This document shows, piece after piece, positions 26,590 to 37,692 of a DNA stretch of 64,000 bases. How positions within the stretch are numbered: position 1 is the first letter of the stretch; each line of letters starts with the position of its first letter. The position numbers were made by a program, and so were the translations under genes. Under the pieces are notes generated by a model. The model had not been told where the DNA came from and made no database searches. It saw only the letters and a list, made by a program, of their open reading frames with translations. The stretch covers positions 9,672,001 through 9,736,000 of the forward strand of contig CM114271.1 in the NCBI GenBank assembly GCA_050084515.1, in the 5' to 3' direction. The stretch comes from Blasia pusilla (Eukaryota).

Positions 26590-28000
26590 CAATGCAACAA
26601 CTTTGGGCAATGAATCAAGGGTATTGAATGTGTTGAAAATTTATGGTATGACTAGCTTTGCAATATTAGCATATACTCTTGCTCGGTGTGTTGTGAATTT
26701 AGTGGAGGAGACCAAGTAGTGACTAGAGCTTCCAGTCTCAGAGATAGAGTTTGTACTTCAGGCCATAGACCATGTGCCTTATGATGTTGGTGTACTTGAA
26801 CTCTTCATCACACCATCTATTATACCTGATTGGGATCCCCTCGGGGAATCCTAGAAGACATTACTTACCAGTATAGCAGCTTTGGGCAATCAATCCATGG
26901 TATTGAATGCGTTGAAGAATTCTGGTGTGACCAGCTTGGCTATATCAACATATGCTCTTGCTCTATGTGTTCTGGATTTTGTGCATCAAACCAAGTAGTG
27001 ACCAATGCACAAGATTATAGTTGAGTTCCATCTTGGTTTACTTCTGGTTCAAGGGGATACAAGCCGTCCTAAGCAAGGGCTTCCCCACAAAATGTTTCTT
27101 CAATTCTGCTTGTTGTGGATTTACCCTCCAGAGATTGAGATCATACATTTTTATGCCTTCCTCCATTTTTTTCTGTTGTGATCATTTTCTCACCACTTTG
27201 GTAATGGTATTCAAAAAATCCTTTCTCATCTTTCTCTCACAGTGCAGACCCTGCTCGGTTAATGGTTTCCTGCACAACCGAGCTTCCAGATAGATAGAGA
27301 GAGAGTAGGCTATTGAATGTGTTGAACAGTGGTAGTGTCACAAACTTAGCAATATTAGCATATGAGCTTGCTTTGTGTGTTTTGAATTTTTTGCAAGAGA
27401 GACTGTACTCATTAAGTAATGTCTGTCGTAACTTTGCGACCATATACCCCCAACACACATTACTTACCTGTGTAGCAGCTTTGGGTAATGACTAAAGGCT
27501 ATTGAATGTGTTGAACAATTCTAGTGTAACCAACTTTGCAATATCTGCATATGTTGTTGCTATGTGCTCCCCAAAATTAGTACTTCAGTTCTTCTTGTTC
27601 TAGATATAGAGTGAATAGAGAGAGATCAGACATTTTCAAGCCTTCCTCCGTGTTGCTATGTTGTGATCATTTTTCCACTACTTTGGTAATGGTATCTATG
27701 ATAGTTCAAGCGTCTTGGGCATGCTGGTCTTGTCCTTGGACCATTCTTCTATGAATTTTTTCAAAACATCATTGTCCAGCTTCAACTCCTCAGTTCAGCC
27801 CTCCCACTAGCAGCAACCGAGCTTCCAGCCTTAGTTTCGGGAGAGACTGTAATAATTAAGTCTTATGTGACCTTAGTATTGCCTTATGTGATCAAGTAGG
27901 CTCTGAATATGGTGAAAAATTATGGTGTGTTACTAAACTCGGTTTGTGCATATAGGCTAGTGAATGTGTTGAAAAGTTTTGGTGTTACCAAAACTTGTCA
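26590..28000 (-). repeat. Degenerate repeats, possibly duplicated exons of an unknown gene
   Basis: tattgaatgtgttgaa...gcaatattagcatat recurs at ~26620, 26900, 27310, 27500 and 27960; minus strand reads YANIAK.V....FNTFN.L, followed by gtaagt donors in two units. Confidence 0.5.
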
Positions 28001-28195
28001 GGATAAATCTTATTGCACATGCTGGCATCTTATTTGTGTTGGGTGTATTGAAGGAGACCATAGGGAAGTGATTGTCCTATTGGAGGCCATTTGATTTGAC
28101 CACTAGTGGATTGCTAGACCTTTTTGCGCATCATAGAGAGTCATCTTGGGTGACTCTTCTCTGCCGTGAGTAAGAATTGCGCACACACATACACA

Positions 28196-28909
28196 ATGGC
28201 GAATGTTCCCCTATTAGATCAGTACTCATATGTTGAGCATCACCGGATGGATCCCCCATACTGCTTTTCTTATGATGAGGGAAGTGATGTTATATTTTAT
28301 GATGGTGCTTGTGGTCGCCATTTTCATTAGATTGGAGGTGGCATGCCCACAAACCCAGATAGTGGCAAGGGTAAGATGTGCATCCCTGTTGTGCTGCTTG
28401 GAAATCACGATTGGAGTGGACCTTAGGTATGTGACCTATGTGTTGATGACAGAGCCATTTTTTTTTCTTGTGGGTTGGTTGGTTGTGTTGTTGGGCATAC
28501 TGAGTTTGAGACATGACCCATGAAGTGTGCTCACCTAGATTGTTATTCCTTTTATCACCCAAGTTGTGCGAAGACCCGCTTGCTTGTCGGAGGACTCTCG
28601 CAGGCTCACCTCGAGGCTGACACAATGCAAAGCCCTCTTGTTGCTCCTGATGCACTCATCTGCTCGGGTCACTATTGTGATGCGTGCAAGATATATGAGG
28701 AGGGTATATATGACTTAGTGCAGTGTCGTAGATGCCCCCGTGCTTGGTGTTATGATCAGACCCCAGGAGGCAAGAGATACCTGCACAAAGGCTGTGATGT
28801 TAATGGCAGGTGGAATTTTGGTGAGCGGAAACTTGTATATTGTCGTCGTCATATAACTCTAGAGGACTAGTCTGTACCTACTCGCGATTGAACCTATATT
28901 CGTGTAATA
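28196..28909 (+). pseudogene. EDM2/NSD-like tandem PHD-finger protein with in-frame stops
   Basis: One frame: CFSYDEGSDVIFYDGACGRHFH, CDLC, KCAHLDCYSFYHPSC, CSGHYCDAC, QCRRCPRAW, YLHKGC, LVYCRRH, PTRD; Cys/His spacing follows the EDM2 PHD region. Confidence 0.7.
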
Positions 28910-29393
28910 GATGCAAGAGAGACTTTAACGTCAATTGATGTAGCAAGTTTGGACACTAGATTTTGGGAGTTAGGATTGAGGATTTAGAAGAAAATGTTTG
29001 CCCCGTGGTGGATTTAAACGCAATATCTTAAATTAAGGAGGTGACATCAATGTGTATACTCCTATGGCGTCCAAAATGCTATAACCTCTTGCAAAGAATT
29101 GCTTTGGATCTGATCAATGGTGTTGTATTCTCTATTGTGGTTTGTATAACAGGTTCCTGTGTGTATCCCCATAGTTTCCAATGTTGACTTGTACTATAGC
29201 TAGTATCAGATTGGTTGAATAGAGGGGTGAAGGAGAGAATGATGAGCCTATTTTTGTCTTAGGTTACTTAGATGGGCAGACATTAGCGGATCTGCGTCTG
29301 AAATATTATGCAATTGTGGAATTTTATTTTGATTTCTGGGACTTCCGGCTCCCTGGTAGAACGCATCGGAATGCATAGAAGGTAATTCTGCTG

Positions 29394-31508
29394 ATGGAAT
29401 TGGATGGTATAGTAGGTGTCATTCAACAATTACCTGTAGGCCCTTATGGGAGGACAATGCAAGTGTCCTCTCAGTCTTCTGTAGCCACCGTATCTACTAT
29501 AGTCGAGACTATAGCAGGTTCAGCTCCTCTGTCTGAGAGCCATACTGAAATTGAGGCACATCCGGTGGGTTCAATTGATATCTCAAACCAAGGTTCTGTT
29601 CGAGTCTCGTTTGAGTCAGTGTAGATGGCAGATCCAAGTGCAAAATGTTGGAATGATGAGTTCATCAGATTAGGGAAGTGGGTTGAGAAGAATGGATACA
29701 AGGACCACAATTGGAGGGTGAGGACATGGGATGATGGAATAGATGTCAGAGGACACCTAGAGTGTTTGGAGTGTAGAGTGAACTATGGGAATGCAGAGAA
29801 TTCCCAAAATGTGAAAGCTATTGCAAATTGCTTTAGCAATTTTAGGACAAAGCATCTAGTTAACCCGAAACACAAGGATAGCTTCTATAAGAGAAGAAAA
29901 TTGCCTACATCATTGATGGAGCCTAGTGATGTTGTTCACAAATCTCATTTTGATCATGGTGAGGCCATCTCTAGAGGACTAGAGATTGTCTCCCAACTGA
30001 ATGAGAATGTTGGGGGTGATAGGGAGGTGTTCTTTGTGACACCATCTCCCACACATCCTCAATATGCCAATATGTCATACCTATTTAAGGTCAGGAGTAG
30101 GGTCTGTGGAAAGTTGCATACAGACATGTTCCCAAAGAAATTGAATTTGGATCATAATTTGAGACAATACATGGTTATCCGGGATCACTTGGATGCCTCA
30201 AAGGTCAAGGAGGCTTCTATGGAGATTGCATTGAGGTGTGGGAAGAGAGGAGGACCAAGGAAAGCAGATACTAGGGATCAACACCCATCACGCGGATCAA
30301 TCTTGAGGTTCTTTACATGAGATAAGTCCAACGTTGGGAGTTCTTCATGGAAAGGTGGGTCACATCGAGCAATAGATCAAGGACTAAGTTTGCTTTGTTG
30401 GGGATTGTGGGATGAAATGGTAAAGTGGAGAGGAGATCGGATGGATGTCAAGGCTATTCTTGATGATCAAGAGGGAGGGGCCTTGTCGGATTGTGAGTTA
30501 ACATGTGAACCTAACATGTAGTAAATGTGAGTCAGTAAAGCGATTGGATGATTTCCGTGGTCGGGTGCACATGGAAGCAGAAGTTGTAGTGCCAAGAGGA
30601 GCAAGAGATACCAGTGGGGGGATACGGTTGGATTGTCTCACCAAGACAGAGCACAGAAAGCACGTTGCAAATTTAACTTCCAAGTTCAGAAAGCAACGAT
30701 GGCTTCTATCATAGTATGTTGCCAAAGTAGTTGCCTTGAGTACTAGGCGGAGGAAGCTAGAGGAATTGTTAGGAGTAGCTACAGATAGGAAGGATCTGGG
30801 ACTATTCCTTAGGAATATAGTGAATAGGCATAGGACTCGAGCATTTGGTGGCAAAGAAGGGTTATGGGATTTCATGACAGATGTTGCTAGAAATCTAACC
30901 AGGGCTGCCAAGGGTTTTAGGGACGGTAAGAGAACCAAAGCCATAGCCCAAGCAATGCTACAATTTGGTGGTAGGCAAATGGACCAGTGCTTTCACAAGA
31001 ACTTAGGTGTTCCAAGTCTAAAAACAGTGCAGCGAGATAGAGCCAAGTTACCACCCTTCACAACTCGATTACGCAAAGCAATATTCGTGGAGGTTGGCAG
31101 AATTTTGTCTGCATCAAAGCAAACTCTTGGAATTGAAGGAGATGTCCCTCTAATATTTGCAGAGGATGAAACAAGGATTAAGGGTGTTTGAGATTCAATA
31201 CAAAAAATTATAAGCCTGTTTTTCCTTTTGAATACAACCTAACATTAAAGAGTTATGTTTGACAAATGGGAGGCCAAGTATGATACCCTAATTAGGTTCT
31301 GTGGGCCCAAAGAGGCACACTAATGTTGATATTGAATGGAAGTACTGGTCGAGGATGGTGATGAGGGCTACCACAAGATTGTAAGTACTTTCTAGGGTTA
31401 TTATAAAGGCACGTTTGCAAAAGTTGTCATTGTAAATCCTCTTCATGAATCTATGCCTAAATTGGTCATCTGTGTTACTGCCACGCGTAACAAGTTCACT
31501 ACAGAGTG
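29394..31508 (+). pseudogene. N-terminal half of a P-element-like DDE transposase with C2H2-like zinc fingers
   Basis: LECLECRVNYG..KHLVNPKH; GVPSLKTVQR; PLIFAEDETRIK..WEAKYDTLIRFCG resembles the first catalytic Asp region. Confidence 0.55.
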
Positions 31509-31509
31509 G

Positions 31510-34500
31510 ATGAGACCTGATTTGAGTCCCACCGCCTTCCTCGGCAGTATACCTTGTACGCTCTGCAATGTGACACCCATCCAGTATCAACATGTGCTCT
31601 GTCCTTGGTAATACCATTATGGCAATCGCACAGGTAGTAGGAATCCAACACGTCTGAGAGAAGAAAAGAAGCCTACCCCTGCCTTTACGACTTGAGGGGA
31701 AGGCGCCAAGGGAAGAAGCCCGCCATACCTCTTAAGTTGGACCAACAGGGAAAGAGTCCGATCAAGCAACCTAAACCCTAAACCCTAAACCCTAAACCCC
31801 TGAAAGTCCCACTAAGTCGAACACCAAGTCACCCGGCCTTGAGCAGAGCTCGATGAGCGTTTGCATCAGGGCTGGCAACTTTTCCCTTCCTCCCAAAAGT
31901 GTGGTACTATCTTGCATGTAAATTCCCGGGGGGGAATTGTACAAACTATCTAAGCTGTACCCATCTGAGCATGGATCCACAGGATCCTAGATCTTGAATA
32001 CCTGGAAATTGTGCTCGGGCCGAACGAAGCAATAAACATAGGAGTGGTCCATCTGTAAAGAAGCATGTTGGAAAAAATGTCAGCAACTTGGCATAATGTG
32101 CAACACGTCACCAAAGAACTCGGCTTGACCCTAGATAACTTTTTTCAATTACTAACTTTGGATCAACCTGTCGGAGTCTGACGGGTTGTTTTGTCCCTGA
32201 CCAACCCGTCGGAAGGCGACGGGTTGCTGGCCTAGAGCAGCCCATGCTTGGCTGAGAGCAACCCATCACTTTTCGACAGGTTGCAACTTTACGGAAACAC
32301 AGGGAAAAACCAAAAGCAACTGCAACCCGTCGAGTTTCGACAGGTTGCAGGTACACCACGGTTTTCCCTGTGTTTCTGGGAAAGATGCAACCCGTTGCCT
32401 TTCGACGGGTTGCTCACGGACAAAAACAACGGAGATATACTATCAGGAATTCACACGCATTGAGCCTTACCCGAATTTGAAAATATATTTGAGATTTTAC
32501 TACAGGAATTGAGCCTTACCCGAATCTGACTCGTCACGGATCGGAGTGGGTACTCGTTTTTTATGAACCACGATTGCGCCGTCCTCCACTTTAGCGACCT
32601 CTTGACGCACTGGAGGTTGAAGAGCTCGTCCTCGCTCCCTCCAGTCAACACTAAGAAGCAGACCTTGTCACCCAGATAAGCGTCTGCAAAGGAGAACAAT
32701 AGCGCGATTTGGTCATAAGAGAGCGGCAAATTCCTGCCAGGTACCCCGTCCGACGGATTCTCGCCCCACAGTCGCAACCTTGAGGGCAGATCAGCAATCA
32801 AGAGATCCACCGCAACCTCTTCAACCACTCCATTCAGTGCCCGTTTCGTTGGAGCTTCCGTCCCAACGTTGTCAATTTATCAATGGCTGGTGTCGACGCT
32901 TGAGAACTGAAGCTTTTCAGCTCATCTAGTAAAGGAGTGAACTGAAGGAGGACGCTTGTCTGGGTCGTTGTTTCTCTATGTCTTCCCAAGGATGATGGAC
33001 TGTATTCTCCTTGGGACAACCCTGGCACCTCTCGCTTCCGCTTCTCTCGAGTCTACGAGCGGCTTGTCGGGGTCTCTATGACCTCAGACTCTGGTGGGGT
33101 TTTTTTCGCCGGGGACCTGGTCCGACCCTCTCACCCCGCTCGCCCGGACGATTCTGCCTCTGGCCTTGAATCTTCATCCTCTCTTTGGGAAGACTCGGCC
33201 TCGGAATTCTTCCCTCCCCTCGCCTTGCCTTTTAGACCCGTTGTGGATTTGTCTTTGGCTGTGCGGACCTTGGAAGCCAAGTCAGGTGTCTCGTGGGCTT
33301 GCTCTTCCGCATCTCCTCTAAAGAAGTCTTCAGGCTGCACAAAATTGGGGATTTCGTCTTGTCCTGAGGCCACTGCATCATGAAGCACTCGTAAATCCTT
33401 ATCGGTGATGTCTTTAGGGTCGTTGAAGTCAAGCCAAATGGGGCAATTCTCCACCTCCCAATCGGACATGTGCTGCGCCATCTCCATGTCGTACATGGAG
33501 AATGTCTCTCCATCAGACAGCGAAGCCCACAATTTCAAGGCTGCAGGTAATTTTCCCCAGGTACCTGCATTCTTACAGTGGACGAGGTACCTGAAGACCA
33601 TCCGTTGGGCATCTTTTACTTGAACTGAATCGGCCGTCTACTCCTGTAGATCTCGCTTCTTCTTTGCTTGATCCTGTTTGTTCCCCACGATTTCTTCGTC
33701 AAGCTCTGCTTGAGGGAGGACGCAAACCTTGAACATTGTCTTGAATCCTGGGTTTTTTATTGGCTTGTCCCGAATGTCGTCAAGCCAAATCTCAAGATCT
33801 ACAGAACTTTCCAGGTTTGCTTCATCCGGAATGGGCTCTAATCTTTTGAGCTCCGCTTGCAGACTGTCCAGCACGGACTTCCCGATAACCCGCAACGCGT
33901 CCCAGAACGACCATTCGCGTAGCCACTGGGAGATCACTGGATCGGACACACTCGGAGGATGGTGTGCCACCCTCTTCTGGGTCTCTGTGCCCTCGAGACT
34001 GATTTTCATCAGTCGGATCCTCCTAAACTTGCTTATGCCGGACAACGTAAACCGATGCACGCGATCCAGGGACACTTTCTCCCCAATCCAACCTTGCGGA
34101 TCTTCATCCCTTTTCCGCTGGCGCTTGATAATCGCCTTCAGCTCCTTGTAAAACTCCGGACCAAGTTTGGGGTTGAGAATGATGATGTATCGCTGCATCT
34201 TGCTCGCCGTGTATTTTGTGGCTGCAGATACTGCAGCTTGGATGAATTTCGCGCGCTCACACCCAGATACTTTCTCCCTCCGCTCCAGCTCCAGTGCAGC
34301 GCTCTTCTTCGCGGCTTGTATTTTTGACCAGCAAAGGATGGTTAGGGCTGCATCTTGGGAAATAAACTTATTTGCCCAAGTTTTCATTTTTATCTGTGCA
34401 CCCTTTGCAAGCATCTGATTTACTAGGGCGTCGCCCAAGAACCCCTTGTACTCTGTCGGGTGCATTATAAGCACCTTCTTCACCCGATCGCAATCATGGA

Positions 34501-36362
34501 TCCAGTGGTGGGTGACATTCTCCTCCGATATAATCCTGCATATCCAAACTCAACCCGTCGGAGTCCGACGGGTTATCACAGCTCAAGGTCGGATTCTAGC
34601 AACGATCTAAATGATGCAACCCGTCGGAGTCCGACGGATTGCATTCACATTTGTGAATGCCTGGTTTCAACTCGTCGGACTCCGACGGGTTGTCAGATAG
34701 TCCGTATCAAACGTGAACATAACAACCCTTCAGAGTCTGACAGGTTGCGCAATTGAATGGAAACTTGCAATTTGACGCGAAATTTGCTAAACCAACTTCC
34801 GAATGCAACCGGTCGGACTCCGACGGGTTGCTTTGGGCCAAAAACATACTAAACCTGTAGTCAGTCGAACAACTCGTTGGAGTCCGACGAGTTGCTTTCT
34901 TCAAAAAACATCTTGAAAAGGCGGCGAGTCGAGCAACCGGTCGGACTTCGACGGGTTGCTTTGGGCCAAAAACTTACTAAACCTGTGGTCAGTCGAACAA
35001 CTCGTCGGAGTCCGACGAGTTGCTTTCGGCATAAAATTACCTAACCCATTCATCAATCGAGCAACTCGTCGGAGTCCGACGAGTCGCGTTTGGCCAAAAG
35101 CATCCCAACAACAGTGCCGATCCAAACAACTTGTCGGAGTCTGACGGTTTGCAGCAAGAAGATACTTACGTGTTCATGGCATGCATTGCCATCTCCACCG
35201 TCGCCATGTGATGAGGGAATGGATGAAGGACCACTGCCTTCACGCAAAAATGTGCCTCCAAGGAGTTGGGCCGCTCCTCTGCAAACTTGGTCCACGCCAT
35301 GAACCTATGATTTCCATCCCAGATGAAGAAATACAGAATCCTCATCCAGCTGAATTCCGTGCCCTCTACTTGCCTTCTGAAATCCTGGTCTTTCATCCTC
35401 CAGAATGTGTCGAGCTTATCCAAGTCCTCCTCCGTAACCAGGGCTTGGGTTCCATGCTCGTTGTAAGGCTGAACATAGAAGGGAGGAAAGTTGTCGACGT
35501 AGGATGCTATCGCCGCCGATTGTTAAAGCTTCGCGATGTCCTCGTCAGACTGAATTTCACGAACGTATTCCATTGTCCGCAATCGGCAGAGTGGAATCCT
35601 CGGGGCGTTGTGGCCCTCCATGAGTGCCATCTGCTTTACCACCTGTCAGAACCGGGACAAGATCAATAAGCTACACTGAATTCCCAATGAATTGCAATTC
35701 ACATAATTCAAAAAACCCAGATCCTCTCTTACCCGCTCGAAAATTGGGTCGATTTCTTGACCAGCCAACTTGTTTGAGACAGCAGCTGGAAAATCGACAG
35801 GGAACTCGTCGATCCGATAGAGGTCGATGTTTTCCTCCGGGCTTGGAGACGATAATGACCGCTCTCCGTCTTCTTCAGCAATGTCCACCATCTCCACGCT
35901 GGCGGTCCTCATGACCTCATCGTCCGTGATTTGAACTTATGGCGTTTTCGCTATGTTGATTGTGTCCCCGGACTTCATCGGGGACATTTCCCGCATCTCA
36001 GCACTTTCAGTTGGACGGGCAGGGCTGTCGTCAATAGCTATCGCTTTTTCCCTCCTCGCTTTAGCCAATTCTGCTCTCCTCACCGACGGGTCCAGATGCT
36101 TCTTTTCTTTCTCTTCGTCGGCGATCCTTTTCTTCAAGGCCTACGACGTCTCAGCCTCTGCGTTCTGTCTATCAAGCGACTCTTGAACACGTCTTGCAAG
36201 AAGCTCCTGGTTGTGCATCTCCGCTTCCCTTTCCTGCTCCTCGATTTCCTGCTGCCTAATTTCATTTGCCGAACGAGGCCCTGGAGATGCTGACGGAGGA
36301 GTCCTAATGGACTTCGGAGTGAAGCTCCTAGACTTGTTTGCTTGAGCTTTTTTCCTCGTCAT
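31510..36362 (-). pseudogene. Gene A, copy 4 (coiled coil, ParB/Srx-like, beta-class methyltransferase-like; 4 exons)
   Basis: ORFs 36141..36383, 35646..35912, 35166..35423, 33638..34483, 33131..33601, 32451..32828 and 31792..31980. Confidence 0.8.
31769..31799 (+). repeat. Interstitial plant telomere repeat (CCCTAAA) x~4
   Basis: cctaaaccctaaaccctaaaccctaaaccc read directly. Confidence 0.9.
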
Positions 36363-36719
36363 TTTTCCCGGAAATGCCTCCACCTATGTCCACGATGAAT
36401 CGCTTGATCAGTCGCCTTGCTGATGTCGAGATGAGTCGCCTTGATGGGTAGCTCGAATCGTCTCGCGATCATTCAGTCGAACTGTCTCACTCTCGTTCCC
36501 TCGTATCGACTCGCGATGACTCGCGGTTTGAAACGCCCCTTGGTATCTGATCAGCTGCTGCGCGGGAGAGAGAGGGATGGAGATCGCGAAATGAGAAACT
36601 GGAAATGAGCAATTTTTCCCTATTTATACTTTTCTAGCCGTTGGGCTGACCGTTGGGTCCCGTCGTCCTTTCGACGGCGACGTGCCGGCCGTTACGGAAG
36701 TCGGGACCTGAAAAATGGC

Positions 36720-37470
36720 AACCCGTCGGAGTCCAACAGGTTGCGCGCCTCCGCCGTCCTTGGAAGATAACGTGAGGTGCACGAGCAACCGTCGGAGATC
36801 GACCGGTTGAGCGCCTTTGCCGTCTTCGGACAAGAACGCGAGGTACCCGCAACCCGTCAGAGACCAACAGGTTGCGCGCCTCCGCTGTCTTCGGACAAGA
36901 ATGGGGCGTACCCGCGCAACCCGTCGGAGACCGACATGTTGCGCGCCTCCGCCGTCTTCTGACAAGAACAGGACGTACCCGCGCAATCCGTCGATGACCG
37001 TTGGGTTGCACGCTTCCCTCGGCAAAGGTTAACAACACGGGCTTCCCGCGCAACTCGTCGGAGTTCGACAGGTTGCACGCTTCCTTCACGTAAGCGAAAC
37101 AAGGCGAGGCCCTTGCGCAACTCGTTGGAGGGCGACGGGTTGCACGCCTTGCCGTCTTTGGGCAAATAGGTGCGACACACGCGGAACTCATCGGGAACAG
37201 ACGGTTTGCACGCTTCCTTCATGTAAGTGTTACACCGTGAGATAATTGGGCAACCCGGCTGATGCCGACGGGTTGCAAGCCTCCGGCATCTTTGGGCAAG
37301 AAGGAGCGGTATCCGAGCAACTCGTCGGAGAGCGACGGGTTTCCAACTTCGACCATGTTTGCGTTTGAAGGTAAGGCAAAAGCGTGCAAACCGTCCGAAG
37401 CTGACGAGTTGCAGGCTTCGCTTAGCTTGGGTTAATTGTTGAGTTACCAGGACTTCGACGGGTTCCAACA
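36720..37470. repeat. Intergenic palindrome array, copy 4
   Basis: ~57-61 bp period, homologous to 3095-4090. Confidence 0.9.
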
Positions 37471-37692
37471 AAATGAAGTGTGCTTCGCAACCCATGTCTC
37501 TGCTTCCCAAATCTGGTAACACTTTGCAACACAATTGAATATGTTGCAAAAGAATTGGGTCCATTGTGTCAGACAATGTCACCTACCGAACTTCATCTTG
37601 TCAGTAAAAATCTGTCAGGAGTATCTGTTTTCCTGTTCACTATAAATTAAAAATTCTCATTCTCACCCTCCTCCCGTACGAAATTTCTGGGA

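Noticed and set aside
31769-31799. True chromosome end
   Set aside because: Only about four units, with element sequence on both sides
33729-34418. Plus-strand ORFs recurring at 122, 33729 and 61534
   Set aside because: Antisense shadows of gene A exon 3
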